64,000 nucleotides of DNA from Eledone cirrhosa (lineage: Eukaryota): NCBI GenBank assembly GCA_964016885.1, contig OZ024740.1, forward strand, positions 248,992,001 through 249,056,000. The letters are read 5' to 3'. A program made the position numbers and the translations under genes. The notes under the pieces are model-generated. The model made no database searches and was not told the origin of the DNA. It worked only from the letters and a program-made list of their open reading frames with translations. Below, piece after piece: positions 26,601-37,164 of this stretch. How positions within the stretch are numbered: position 1 is the first letter of the stretch; every line of letters starts with the position of its first letter.

Positions 26601-28023
26601 TAAAATCTCCTGCAATGATTAGGAAGTCCTTGTCGTCTGTTAGAGCAGTAGTGTGTATTAGGGACTCGTAAAACCTATCCTTAAGTTCGTCTGGCAGCCC
26701 CGATTGGGGTGCGTAAGCTGATATTATTGTGGTAATTGTCTTATTCAGGACTAGTCTGAGTTTAATGATTCTTGCATTTACCCTGTACACTGAGATTACT
26801 TTATCTACCCACTTGTCAGCTAATAGTATACCTACACCACCCATCCCATCGTCATTTCCCACCCAGAAAAATTTGTAGCACTGGCTTTTTCCTACAAGGA
26901 CTCTAGCAGACCCTCCTCTCCATCTAGTCTCTTGCACACAGCATACATCAACTTCCTTTCGCTCTAGCATTTCTACGATTTCTCCTGCTCTTCCTTTCAT
27001 TGAGCCTACATTGATGGTACCAACTCGGAGTTTTGGGCATTTGTCGACACTCGTAGGGGAGCGTCTCTGGGTTGGCGCTTCACGTGGGTGCTTGGTAGCT
27101 CGCAGATTCATATTTCATCTATTGATTCAGAGTTGCTCGTGTATTCCCAGCTCATCCATCCATAACGGTGGGAAATATGAGGGCTAGAAGAACAGTGGTG
27201 GTGGGGTAATGGCAGGGTGTGTTGGGATGCGCCAGAGGAGTTAGTTAGGCAGGTAGTAGCAGCAGCAGTGGAAATGGCATGCTAGGTTTGATTGGTCGAA
27301 TAGACTATGGTGGTGTGTGGGGGGGGGGAGGGAAATTGTGAGGTAGGAACTGAGGGTCGCATGGTAAATAACTGAGAGAGATACAATAGGATTAGAATAC
27401 CGCATGGTAAATATCCAAGATAATACTACATCAGTGTCATGAAAAACTACTAAGAGAAACCCTCGAAAATTTATCGCTAATACAGCAGGGAACATCATAA
27501 TATTAACAACAATATGTAGGCTAAAATACCTTCGTAGATTAGATGGATGGCTGGAAAAATTGGAATCAACTCTAGTGATACATTTTAGCAGAGAAGAATG
27601 GGAAAGTGTCTTATCTCTTCAATATTTTCAGATTGAATGAATTAGGTTAAAGACAGGGTAGTAAGCCTTAAAGAAGTGCATAGAGAGGGGGGGGGGGGGT
27701 AGGAACTGAGGGTCGCATGGTAAATAACTGAGAGAGATACAATAGGATTAGAATACCGCATGGTAAATATCCAAGTTAATACTACATCAGTAAAATTAAC
27801 AATAATAACGTCATGAAAAACTACTAAGAGAAACCCTCGAAAATTTATCGCTAATACAGCAGGGAAAATTTAACGCTAATACAGCAGGGAACATCATAAT
27901 ATTAACAACAATATGTAGGCTAAAATACCTTCGTAGATTAGATGGATGGCTGGAAAAATTGGAATCAACTCTAGTGATACATTTTAGCAGAGAAGAATGG
28001 GAAAGTGTCTTATCTCTTCAATA
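23698..28023 (-). mobile_element. Full-length RTE LINE (family B) copy 1 with duplicated 5' UTR
   Basis: Single ORF 23989-27111 and (cat)n tail at 23698. The 5' UTR segment 27340-27623 is repeated at 27698-28023. Confidence 0.95.
23989..27111 (-). CDS. RTE polyprotein: APE endonuclease + reverse transcriptase + PHD finger (1040 aa, uninterrupted)
   Basis: APE motifs GTINV, CVQETR, SAYAPQ, GDFNGHVG, LDFI and SQHSLV. RT motifs NYRGIKL, QFGF, DLEKAFD, QGSVLSP and YADD. C4HC3 finger. Confidence 0.95.
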   Translation of the reverse strand: MNLRATKHPREAPTQRRSPTSVDKCPKLRVGTINVGSMKGRAGEIVEMLERKEVDVCCVQETRWRGGSARVLVGKSQCYKFFWVGNDDGMGGVGILLADKWVDKVISVYRVNARIIKLRLVLNKTITTIISAYAPQSGLPDELKDRFYESLIHTTALTDDKDFLIIAGDFNGHVGKHCDGFNRVHGGHGVGTRNEEGFRLLEFCDANDMSICNTNFKKPDNHLITYRSGEHSSQLDFILIRGRDRWTVVNTKAFPSEECTSQHSLVVSDLTVRTRQALKQRPTWRRKIWKLKVPSTSNRFKDILLNAYDSKEEQIETFNVEENWEFLKNNLLEATDEVCGWSKTSSRRRVTWWWNNKVDEAVKAKRQAWKEWKNGGSRVHYIETKREARRQVYLARREAEDRKFKHVLQREDQKQEVFKIARQCVRDSCVVIGEKCIRNDKGELALTSAEKKDAWKSHYDRLLNEENAWEEETLPHVDPIEGPAVQVSGSVVNKAIRDMKIGKATGPSGIAAEMLKASGSVGHTITTRIVNQVILEGAIPKDWCSSIIVNCYKGKGDALNRGNYRGIKLMDQVMKVTERVIAQLIRDRVKIDEMQFGFVPGRGTTDAHFLVRQLQEKYLAKSKPLYLAFVDLEKAFDRVPRAVIWWALRKLGVDEWLVKAVQAMYRGAVSKVRIGNEYSEEFSVQVGVHQGSVLSPLLFIIVLQAITEEFKTGCPWELLYADDLALIAESMVELENKFQTWKQGLERKGLKVNMIKTKVLISRRENRTQIPSGKWPCSVCRKGVGRNSILCPKCKQWVHKRCSGISGSLIKNVGFTCSSCAETASSKQPQETSTTNLWEGPVETVDSFCYLGDRISNGGGCSESTITRVRTGWKKFRELLPLLAAKGFSLRMKGRLYDACIRTAMLHGSETWALKVEDLRRLERNEACMLRWMCNSNIRERQSIKELRERLSKRGIKCCVQERRLRWYGHVMRMKDDSCIKRCRALEVDGNRGVGRPKMTWDEVIKADLTQLHLSKSMTHDRDFWRHAVIQGTRPPMGTC

Positions 28024-28094
28024 TAAAAGCAGCGATTCTTTGCTTAAACATAATATAGATATATATATATAATATATATATTTATATACTTGTT

Positions 28095-28136
<42 letters not shown>

Positions 28137-28221
28137 GTAATAATAATAAATTTGAAGACTAAAATCCAAAGAGAGCTCGATAAGGATAAATATATATCAG
28201 ATATATAAGAACCGTAGAGCA

Positions 28222-28905
28222 AATATTTATTAAAATAACAGATTAAAGTTTAAGCAAAGAATCGCTGCTTTCACCCTTAACGGGATCTTCTGAAACTAAA
28301 AAAGTCAATCTGTGAATGCAGGAGTATATATTTCAAAAACCGTTGCAACCGAAGGAAGACAGGAAGACGATACTTTGGTTCGTGGAAACGTTCCCTGGCA
28401 AAGAACGGAAAAAAACGAAAATAATACGTCATTATTTGGTGCAGTGAAAACAATTACACGCGAAGACAAAACCACATTTATGTTATAAATGAAGTCGTAG
28501 ACTAATATTATATTAGGTGGTTCATGAAAACGTTCTCTGGCAATGAACGGAAAAAAACGAAGATAATATGTCTTTTCCGTTCATTGCCAGAGAACGTCTC
28601 CATGAACCACCTAATAGAATATTAGTCTACGACTTCATTTATACCATAAACGTGGTTTTGTCTTCGCGTGTAATTGTTTTCACTGCACCAAATAATGACG
28701 TATTATTTTCGTTTTTTTCCGTTCTTTGCCAGGGAACGTTTCCACGAAACAAAGTATCATTTTCCTGTCTTCCTTCGGTTGCAACGGTTTTTGAAATATT
28801 TACTCCTGCGTTCACAGATTGACTTTTTTAGTTTCAGAAGATCCCGTTAAGGGTGAAAGCAGCGATTCTTTGCTTAAACTTTAATCTGTTATTTTAATAA
28901 ATATA
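28222..28905. repeat. ~680-bp fold-back (two ~340-bp inverted arms), each arm with a CAGAAGA hammerhead
   Basis: 28222-28560 is the reverse complement of 28570-28905. HHRs at 28247-28297 (-) and 28830-28880 (+). Confidence 0.88.
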
Positions 28906-28956
28906 TATATATCAATGATATTAATAAATGGAAACTATATTTATAAAACCATATTT

Positions 28957-29011
28957 ATTCTATTATATTTCAAGGGTACCAAAACTTTGGTACGCTCTCA
29001 TCAGATAAAAT
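28957..29011 (-). ncRNA. Minimal hammerhead motif (family related to 41886-41947)
   Basis: Reverse strand: attttat-CUGAUGA-gagcgtaccaaa gt tttggtaccctt-GAAA-ta-UA-atagaat. Confidence 0.6.
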
Positions 29012-29495
29012 ACAAAGTTTGTTTTATAAATATTGACATATCCAGGAATGAGACCTTAACGGTTCAAGTTTTACCTGGATAGTAAAAGGAAAAAGGGGAA
29101 GAGAGGAAAAAAACAAATATTTCAAATTATTTAGATGAATATGCAAATAAGGTTGAGTCGTAGGGCTGAAAAAATGTTATTTTTAGACGCTAGGTAGATT
29201 TAAATAATTATTAGTATATATATATGTATGTGTAGGAAGAAAAAAGAGAATGAAAGAAAAGCTTGTATTTATATTACTATAATGTACGTGAATTTAAAAA
29301 GATTGAAACGTTAAGAATTAAAAGTTTGTTGGAGTGGTGGGATATGATTCCAGAATTAAAAAAATATTTAGCTAAATTATGAGTTATAATATTATATATA
29401 TAATCAATTAGATTATATGAAGAATTATGGTTGTAAGTACATTTTATCTTATGTTACAACAGGTTGTAAGTATATAAATATCTATATAGATTAAT

Positions 29496-32400
29496 CATCA
29501 TCATCATCATCATCACTGTTTTACGTCCGTTCTTCCATGCTAGCATGGGTTAGACGGGTTGTCCTGTTGTGTGCTGTGTCTGGTCGGCTGACCATGCCTT
29601 GCTCATACAGGAACTGATCTGGCTTGATTTCTACAGCTGGATGCCCTTCCTAACACCAACCTCATTTACAGTGAGTGCTGGGTGCTTTTTCGTGGCACCT
29701 ACACGTCCACTTTACAGTGTGGGCTGGGTGCTTTTTTTGCCGTGGCACCTCCACGACCACCTTGCGGTGTGGGGGCATATTGTTTATATGCTTCAGCATG
29801 TACCCATGGGAGGTCGGGTACTCTGTATTACTGCGTGACGCCAGAAGTCACGGTCGTGTGTCATTGTCTTTGAGAGGTGTAGTTGGATAAGGTCAGCTTT
29901 TATCACCTCATCCCAGGTCATCTTGGGTCTCCCCACTCCGCGGTTTCCATCAACTTTTAGTGCTCTGCACCTTTTTATGCAGCTGTCATCCTTCATACGC
30001 ATCACATGTCCATACCAGCACAACCGCCTCTCCTGCACAAAGCATTTGATTCCTCTTTTGCTCAGTCTCTCTCTCAATTCATTTATGCTTTGTCGTTCAC
30101 GTATATTACTGTTACACATCCATCGGAGCATGCAGGCTTCGTTTCTCTCTAATCTACGTAAGTCTTCCACCTTCAGCGCCCAGGTCTCATTACCATGCAA
30201 CATCACTGTTCGGATACACGCATCATACAGTCTGCCTTTCATTCTGAGGGAGAAGCCTTTTGCAGCTAGCAGTGGTAGTAGTTCCCTAAACTTCTTCCAT
30301 CCCGTTCTTACCCTAGTTATTGTACTTTCTGAACACCCACCTCCGTTGCTAATTCGGTCACCTAGGTAGCAGAAGCTGTCTACTGTTTCTACAGGGCCCT
30401 CCCAGAGATTGGTGGTACTTGTTTCCTGTGGCTGTTTGCTGCTTGCTGTTTCAGCACAGCTGCTGCTTGTGAATCCTATATTCTTAATTAAGCTTCCTGA
30501 GATCCCGCTACATCTCTTGTGTACCCATTGTTTGCATTTGGGGCAGAGAATGAGTTCCTACCTACACCTTTCCTACATACTGAGCAAGGCCATTTCCCTG
30601 AGGGGATCTGGGTTCTGTTTTCTCGTCTACTTACAAGGACCTTAGTCTTTGTCATGTTGACTTTGAGACCCTTTCTCTCTAGTCCTTGCTTCCAGGTTTG
30701 GAATTTATTCTCTAGTTCTACCATAGATTCAGCTATGAGTGCGAGGTCATCAGCATACAGGAGTTCCCATGGGCATCCGGTCTTAAACTCCTCCGTTATT
30801 GCCTGCAGGACTATGATGAACAGGAGAGGGCTAAGAACAGAGCCCTGGTGGACCCCAACCTGTACGCTAAATTCCTCGCTATACTCATTGCTAATTCTAA
30901 CTTTGCTGACTGCTCCCCTATACATGGCTTGTACCGCTTTCACAAGCCATTCATCTACTCCTAGTTTTCTAAGAGCCCACCAGATTACTGCACGTGGAAC
31001 TCTGTCAAAGGCTTTCTCAAGGTCGACAAATGCCAAGTAGAGTGGCTTACTTTTAGCTAGGTACTTTTCCTGTAATTGCCTCACAAGGAAGTGGGCATCA
31101 GTGGTGCCTCTTCCTGGTACAAACCCAAATTGCATCTCGTCTATTTTCACCCGGTCCCTAATCAGCTGTGCTATAACTCTTTCTGTTACTTTCATGACCT
31201 GGTCCATCAACTTTATACCTCTATAGTTTCCTCTATTTAGTGCATCGCCTTTACCTTTGTAGCAGTTGACAATGATGCTACTGCACCAATCTTTTGGTAT
31301 GGCCCCTTCTAGTATTACCTGGTTAACGATACGTGTGGTTATAGTGTGACCTACAGACCCAGATGCCTTCAGCATCTCGGCAGCTATACCCGATGGACCG
31401 GTTGCCTTCCCCATCTTCATATCTTTGATTGCCTTACTTACTACGCTGCTGCTGACTTGTACTGCTGGTCCCTCTATAGGGTCTACTTGGGGTAGGGTCT
31501 CTTCTTCCCATGCATTCTCCTCATTTAGTAATCTATCATAATGACTCTTCCATGCATCTTTCTTCTCAGCACTTGTGAGAGCAAGCTCACCCTTATCATT
31601 CCGGATACACTTCTCTCCAATGACAACACAACTATCTCTGACACACTGCCTCGCAATCTTGAATACCTCCTGTTTCTGGTCCTCACGTTGTAAAACATGC
31701 TTGAATTTTCTATCCTCTGCTTCCCTCCTAGCTAAGTATACTTGTCGCCTAGCTTCCCTCTTGGTCTCTATGTAATGTACCCTGCTCCCCCTGTTCTTCC
31801 ATTCTTTCCATGCCTGTCTCTTGGCCTTAACTGCTTCATCTACCTTATTGTTCCACCACCAAGTCACTCTCCTCCTGCTTGAGGTCTTACTCCAGCCACA
31901 GACCTCATCCGTCGCCTCTAGTAAATTATTTTTTAGGAACTCCCAGTTCTCTTCTACGTTAAATGTCTCTATCTGTTCTTCTTTACTGTCGTAGGCGTTG
32001 AGTAAAATATCTTTAAATCTGTTACTGGTTGAGGGGACTTTCAGCTTCCAGATCTTTCTTCTCCAGGTTGGCCTCTGTTTCCGGGTTCGTCTAGTTCTGA
32101 CCGTGAGGTCGCTGACAACTAAGCTATGTTGGGATGTACATTCCTCACTAGGGAAGGCTTTTGTGTTTACGACCGTCCATCTGTCACGTCCTCTGATGAG
32201 GATAAAATCTAACTGACTAGAGTGCTCCCCTGATCTATAGGTGATCAGGTGGTTGTCGGGTTTTTTAAAGTTTGTGTTACATATCGACATGTCATTGGCG
32301 TCGCAGAATTCTAGAAGTCTGAATCCTTCCTCATTCCTTGTGCCAACTCCATGGCCTCCATGTACTCTATTGAAGCCGTCGCAGTGTTTACCTACGTGTC

Positions 32401-33500
32401 CGTTAAAATCTCCTGCGATGATTAGGAAGTCCTTGTCGTCTGTTAGATCAGTAGTGTGTATTAGGGACTCGTAAAACCTATCCTTAAGTTCGTCTGGCAG
32501 CCCCGATTGGGGTGCGTAAGCTGATATTATTGTGGTAATTGTCTTATTCAGGACTAGTCTGAGTTTAATGATTCTTGCATTTACCCTGTACACTGAGATT
32601 ACTTTATCTACCCACTTGTCAGCTAATAGTATACCTACACCACCTATCCCATCGTCATTTCCCACCCAGAAAAATTTGTAGCACTGGCTTTTTCCTACAA
32701 GGACTCTAGCAGACTCTCCTCTCCATCTAGTCTCTTGCACACAGCATACATCAACTTCCTTTCGCTCTAGCATTTCTACGATTTCTCCTGCTCTTCCTTT
32801 CATTGAGCCTACATTGATGGTACCAACTCGGAGTTTTGGGCATTTGTCGACACTCGTAGGGGAGGGTCTCTGGGTTGGCGCTTCACGTGGGTGCTTGGTA
32901 GCTCGCAGATTCATATTTCATCTATTGATTCAGAGTTGCTCAAATGTATTCTCAGCTCATCCATCCATAACGGTGGGAAAATTGAGGGCTAGAAGAACAG
33001 TGGTGGTGGGGTAATGGCAGGGTGTGTTGGGCTGCGCCAGAGGAGGAGAGAGTTAGTTAGGTAGGTAGTAGCAGCAGCAGCAGCAGTGGAAATGGCATGC
33101 TGAGGTTTGATTGGTCGAATAGGCTATGGTGGTGTGTGGGGGTGGGTGGGAGGGAAATTGTGAGGTAGGCACTGAGGGTCGCATGGTAAATAACCGAGAG
33201 AGATACAATAGAATTAGAATACCGCATGGTAAATATCCAAGTTAATACACCAGTAAAATTAACAATAATAACGTCATGAAAACTACTAAGAAACCTTCGA
33301 AAATTTATCGATAAAACAGCATTAATATTAACAACAATATATAGACTAAAATACCTTCGAAGATTAGTATGGATGGATGGCTGGAACGAATTGAAATCAA
33401 CTCTAATGATACATTTTAGCAGAGAAGAATGGAAAAGTGTCTTATCTCTTCAATATTTTCAGATTGAATGAGGTTGGATAGGTTAGAGATAGGGCAGGTG
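29496..33500 (-). mobile_element. Full-length RTE LINE (family B) copy 2, single 1-bp frameshift
   Basis: ORFs 30488-32914 and 29793-30242. The sequence agaatgagttcc at ~30552 versus agaatggagttcc in copy 1 shifts the frame inside the PHD finger. Confidence 0.95.
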
Positions 33501-33521
33501 TATAAATATAAATATTATTGA

Positions 33522-34091
33522 CTAGCAGTGGTACCCAGCGTTGCACGGGATAAGGTATTTTGGAACGCGGGCCGCCAACAGACCTAATCGTGGAAAACTG
33601 CATGCCTGGACAATATGTAAAGAAAATAAACCGAATACTCTGATGGCTGGATAATCTTTAAGATTTTACTCGATGAAGCAGGAAAATTGCAGGTTTTCAC
33701 CTAATGCGGGCCCTAGGGGATCAAGAAAATGAATTTTTTTTATGTGCCTTGAAATTTCGGGAATATCGGCTAGACGTGACGCCTCAAAAAAGCCCTAAAA
33801 AGCTGAAAAAAATGAAGTTTTTCACCTAATGTGGGCCCTAGGCCATAAAAAAGTTGGATTTTCTTTGCTCACGGTATGAAGAAGAGACTGACTAATACAT
33901 AGTTACAATTTCAAGGAAATTGGTCTGACGTAACACCTCAAAAAACACCTGAAAAAAGGCAGTTTTTCATCTAGGGGATCAAAAAGTTGAATTTTTATGT
34001 GCATAACACTCCCTGAAACAAGTAATACACATGTAAAGTTTGAAAAAAGTCGGTTGGGTATTTCTCGAGTTTTAGGAATTCAAACTCACAG

Positions 34092-34124
<33 letters not shown>

Positions 34125-34432
34125 CAGACACCCTTAGGGAAGTGACGTAATGCAGACAGCCAGACATACAGATAGATATTATAAGGGCGCGACGTTATAT
34201 GTATGTATCTATCTAAAAAGCGAAAGACTAAGAATTATAGAGAGAGATCGCTAAATCGCCTAATGCGGTCCCTAGAGCATTGAAAATTTGAAATTTATTT
34301 TTGCTAAGAACACTCCCTGAAACATAAGCATTACATGTGTAAAGTTTGAAAACAGTCGGTTGGGTGTTTCTCGAGTTTTAGGGATTCAAACTCACACACA
34401 CACAGACAGACATCCTCAGTTTTATATATAGA
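33522..34432 (-). mobile_element. Non-autonomous Helitron with internal subrepeats
   Basis: a|ctag + ccc.gcgttgcacggg hairpin. The 5' ~300 bp is homologous to 7786-8070. Repeated ttttcacctaatgcgggccctaggg units. Confidence 0.8.
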
Positions 34433-34439
34433 TGATTAT

Positions 34440-35450
34440 ATAGATATAAAACACACATATTAATTTGTTTACATTTCTAATATGAGTTACAAAGGATGTT
34501 GATTTTACATTTTAAATATATATTTAAGAAAAAGACGTAGTTTAAATTATAAGAGAAGAGCAATTTGTAGATTCAAATATTTTCATCAAACATTGAAAAT
34601 ATTTACAGAACAATTATTAATTTAGCGAAATTACATATAATTTATCATACAAGTTATTATATATATGTTTGCTCAATTGTAAAGGAAAAGATGACTCCAA
34701 TATTATTTGTTAAACTATTAATATTAGATTTGATGAATAATTTTATTAGAAAAGGCGGAAAGTATGTAGAGAAAATTATATATTATTTTGTGTGAGATTA
34801 TAAGGTATTTTATATTACATGGTTTCAAGGATGAGAATTTCAATTATATATGTATTATCTACGTCGAAAGGTGTGTGAAAAGTTTGAAGATTAAAGAGAG
34901 GAAAAATGTATTATTAGATAAGTCAAGAGTGCATTTCGAAGAACTATCGTAAAAAGGATATCTTTCAGAATATCAATTAAAAAGTATCAATCTAAAAAAA
35001 AATATATAAATCTAAAAAATAGATTAAGAAGAGTATCATTAGGAAAAGAATATCAATTGGTAAAAATACTAAATTTAAGAAGAAAAAGAGCATTTAAAAA
35101 ATTAAAAAAACAAAAAAAAAAACAAAAAAAACCTCACCAAACAACAGAATAATTTTAAAGTCAAGTGTAATGAATATTATAGATTAAAAATACTCCGGAA
35201 AGTGGATTTTTGGCGATGTCTGCAAGAACTGAATAATTCTCTTTTTAAAATAATAGAATTTTGACAGTTAATTATATAAAAAATTTCCTCAATACACAAA
35301 TGACAGATTCTTGAGAAAGCCATATTTCGGTATGCAGGTGCTTTCGAAATCATTCCCCAAGATATTGAATAGTCTCTATTATTGTCCTTTAAATTCCAAA
35401 TTAGATGTGAAAGTGAAGTGGAAGATTTTTTATTGGACCTATTAATATGT
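34440..35450 (-). mobile_element. Decayed Penelope-like 3' end
   Basis: Reverse translation of 35200-35390 gives DYSISWGMISKAPAY...CHLCIEE...KRELFSSCRH, homologous to the GIY-YIG tails at 10180-10350 and 22520-22700. Confidence 0.65.
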
Positions 35451-35849
35451 TAACACCATAACATGCTAACCATCCAAACAGACACATACATACAGACACA
35501 CACATACAGACACACATAACACCCTCTAGTATATTTAAAAATAAAAACCAGAGCTAAATAGACCTTAACATATGTTAATACTCTAACACCTTAACATGCT
35601 AACCATACCCCCCCCCCACAACATACACACACTCATATAACACCCATACACACACACACATAACTCCCTCCTCCATTTCTACTAATGGAATCATTTTCCT
35701 ACACACTCACACACACACATCACACAAATAAAAATATATATCTCTATTTTCTTTATTTCAATAGAAATTCTGAATTTTGACACTTCAGCCATACTCACTG
35801 AACCAGAACAATTCTCCCCATCCCTTTTTTCTTGACCATTATCTTTTGT

Positions 35850-36320
35850 TTGGCACAAAACTCTCTATGCCAAATCATGTGACTGTGAAAACGGCTGCAA
35901 AGAACCTTCAGATAGGAACTGGCGTGAAATTTAATGTACTTATTCACACGATAGTCATAAGCAATGAAATTACATTTATAAAAAAACATCATTTTTGAGC
36001 CACTTTTTTAATTGAAAATGACGATAAAGAACCCTCAAACATGAACTGGCACCAAAGTTGATGTGCTTATTCATGTGATTGCATCAATTAACCAAATTTC
36101 ACTCATAAAAAACAATCTGAGCCCCCTTTTTTTAAAGGAAAATACAATAAGAACTTTGTAACGTGAACAGGCGTGAAATTTATTTCTATTTATTATATTT
36201 ATTCATGTGACAGTAATCAACCAACCAAATTACTTTTCTAAAAAACCTAGCATTCTGAGCCATTTTTTTTCCACATAAACCAGAAGTAACATTTGAACAC
36301 GCAACCAGATGTGAGAAAAA
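35850..36320. repeat. Degenerate ~120-bp tandem repeat (3-4 units)
   Basis: Recurring gaac.ggcgtgaaattt...ttattca.g.ga...tgagcca.ttttt. Confidence 0.55.
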
Positions 36321-36455
36321 CCATGAACCCTCCATCTGAGTTCTACTTTTGAAAAGCATAAGAACTGTGAAACCGGTAAAGGAAACAAATAAATATTCTT
36401 AAAAAGACTCCAGTTGCATTTTCGATTTCATCTTTTTTCCTTATTTATATATATA

Positions 36456-37140
36456 CTAGCAGTGTATCCCGCCGTTGCACGGGTAAGAACATTGGTAATA
36501 GCACCTCCAATGAGAAACGTTTATTTGTGAGTGCCTGTTAAAAACTCACGAAAATATATCGACAGGAAACTTGTTTTATTTGGAGAAAATTAAAAAGTTG
36601 AAAGTACAGTTTAGCTGTCTACGTGCATTGTTCATAGAAATATTGTTGAGCCCCTTCTTTTCATACTCCCCTGTTTTGGCCTTTTGGAGTAAATGTGAAA
36701 GAGAAAGTCACAGGTTAAGTTGCCAGAAGGTTCCAGTATCATAGCAGTAAGGTGTAGGCTACTTAGCTCAAAAGTTCATTCGCACTCTTTCCACTAAGTT
36801 ACTCTTTCTCTCTATCCCTGTCGGTGCAGTCCCTTGCGAATTTCTCGTGTAGGCCTGGTGTAGATTTGCACTGATCCATCTGTCCGATGCACATGTCCGC
36901 TTTGTACGGCTTTTGGAGGAAGGAGTGACCAGCAGTATGTTGTTCAGTATTATTATGAAAAGGTGTAGCAGAGAATCCCCCGTGAACTAACAGCTCGGGA
37001 GGAAACTGCTTACCTCGAAGATTCATTTGCCATCGTTCTTGTCAATGCTCCGTTTAGTTGGTATTTGTTGGTCTACAGTTAGATGAATGATGTACAAAGG
37101 GTTAATATTGGCAAGAAGTTTTTTGAATAATAAAAGACGG
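36456..37140 (-). mobile_element. Helitron 3' portion
   Basis: ta|ctagcagtgtatcccgccgttgcacggg terminus, similar to 33522. Confidence 0.5.
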
Positions 37141-37164
37141 GTTAAAGCGACCTACAATGTATCT

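Noticed and set aside
24119-26671. Plus-strand ORFs antisense to the RTE ORF (repeated at 29923-32474)
   Set aside because: Shadow frames of the RT coding strand with no domain signal.
34490-34595. Hammerhead at the end of the decayed PLE (minus strand ttgatga)
   Set aside because: The core and helices are too degenerate to support a call.
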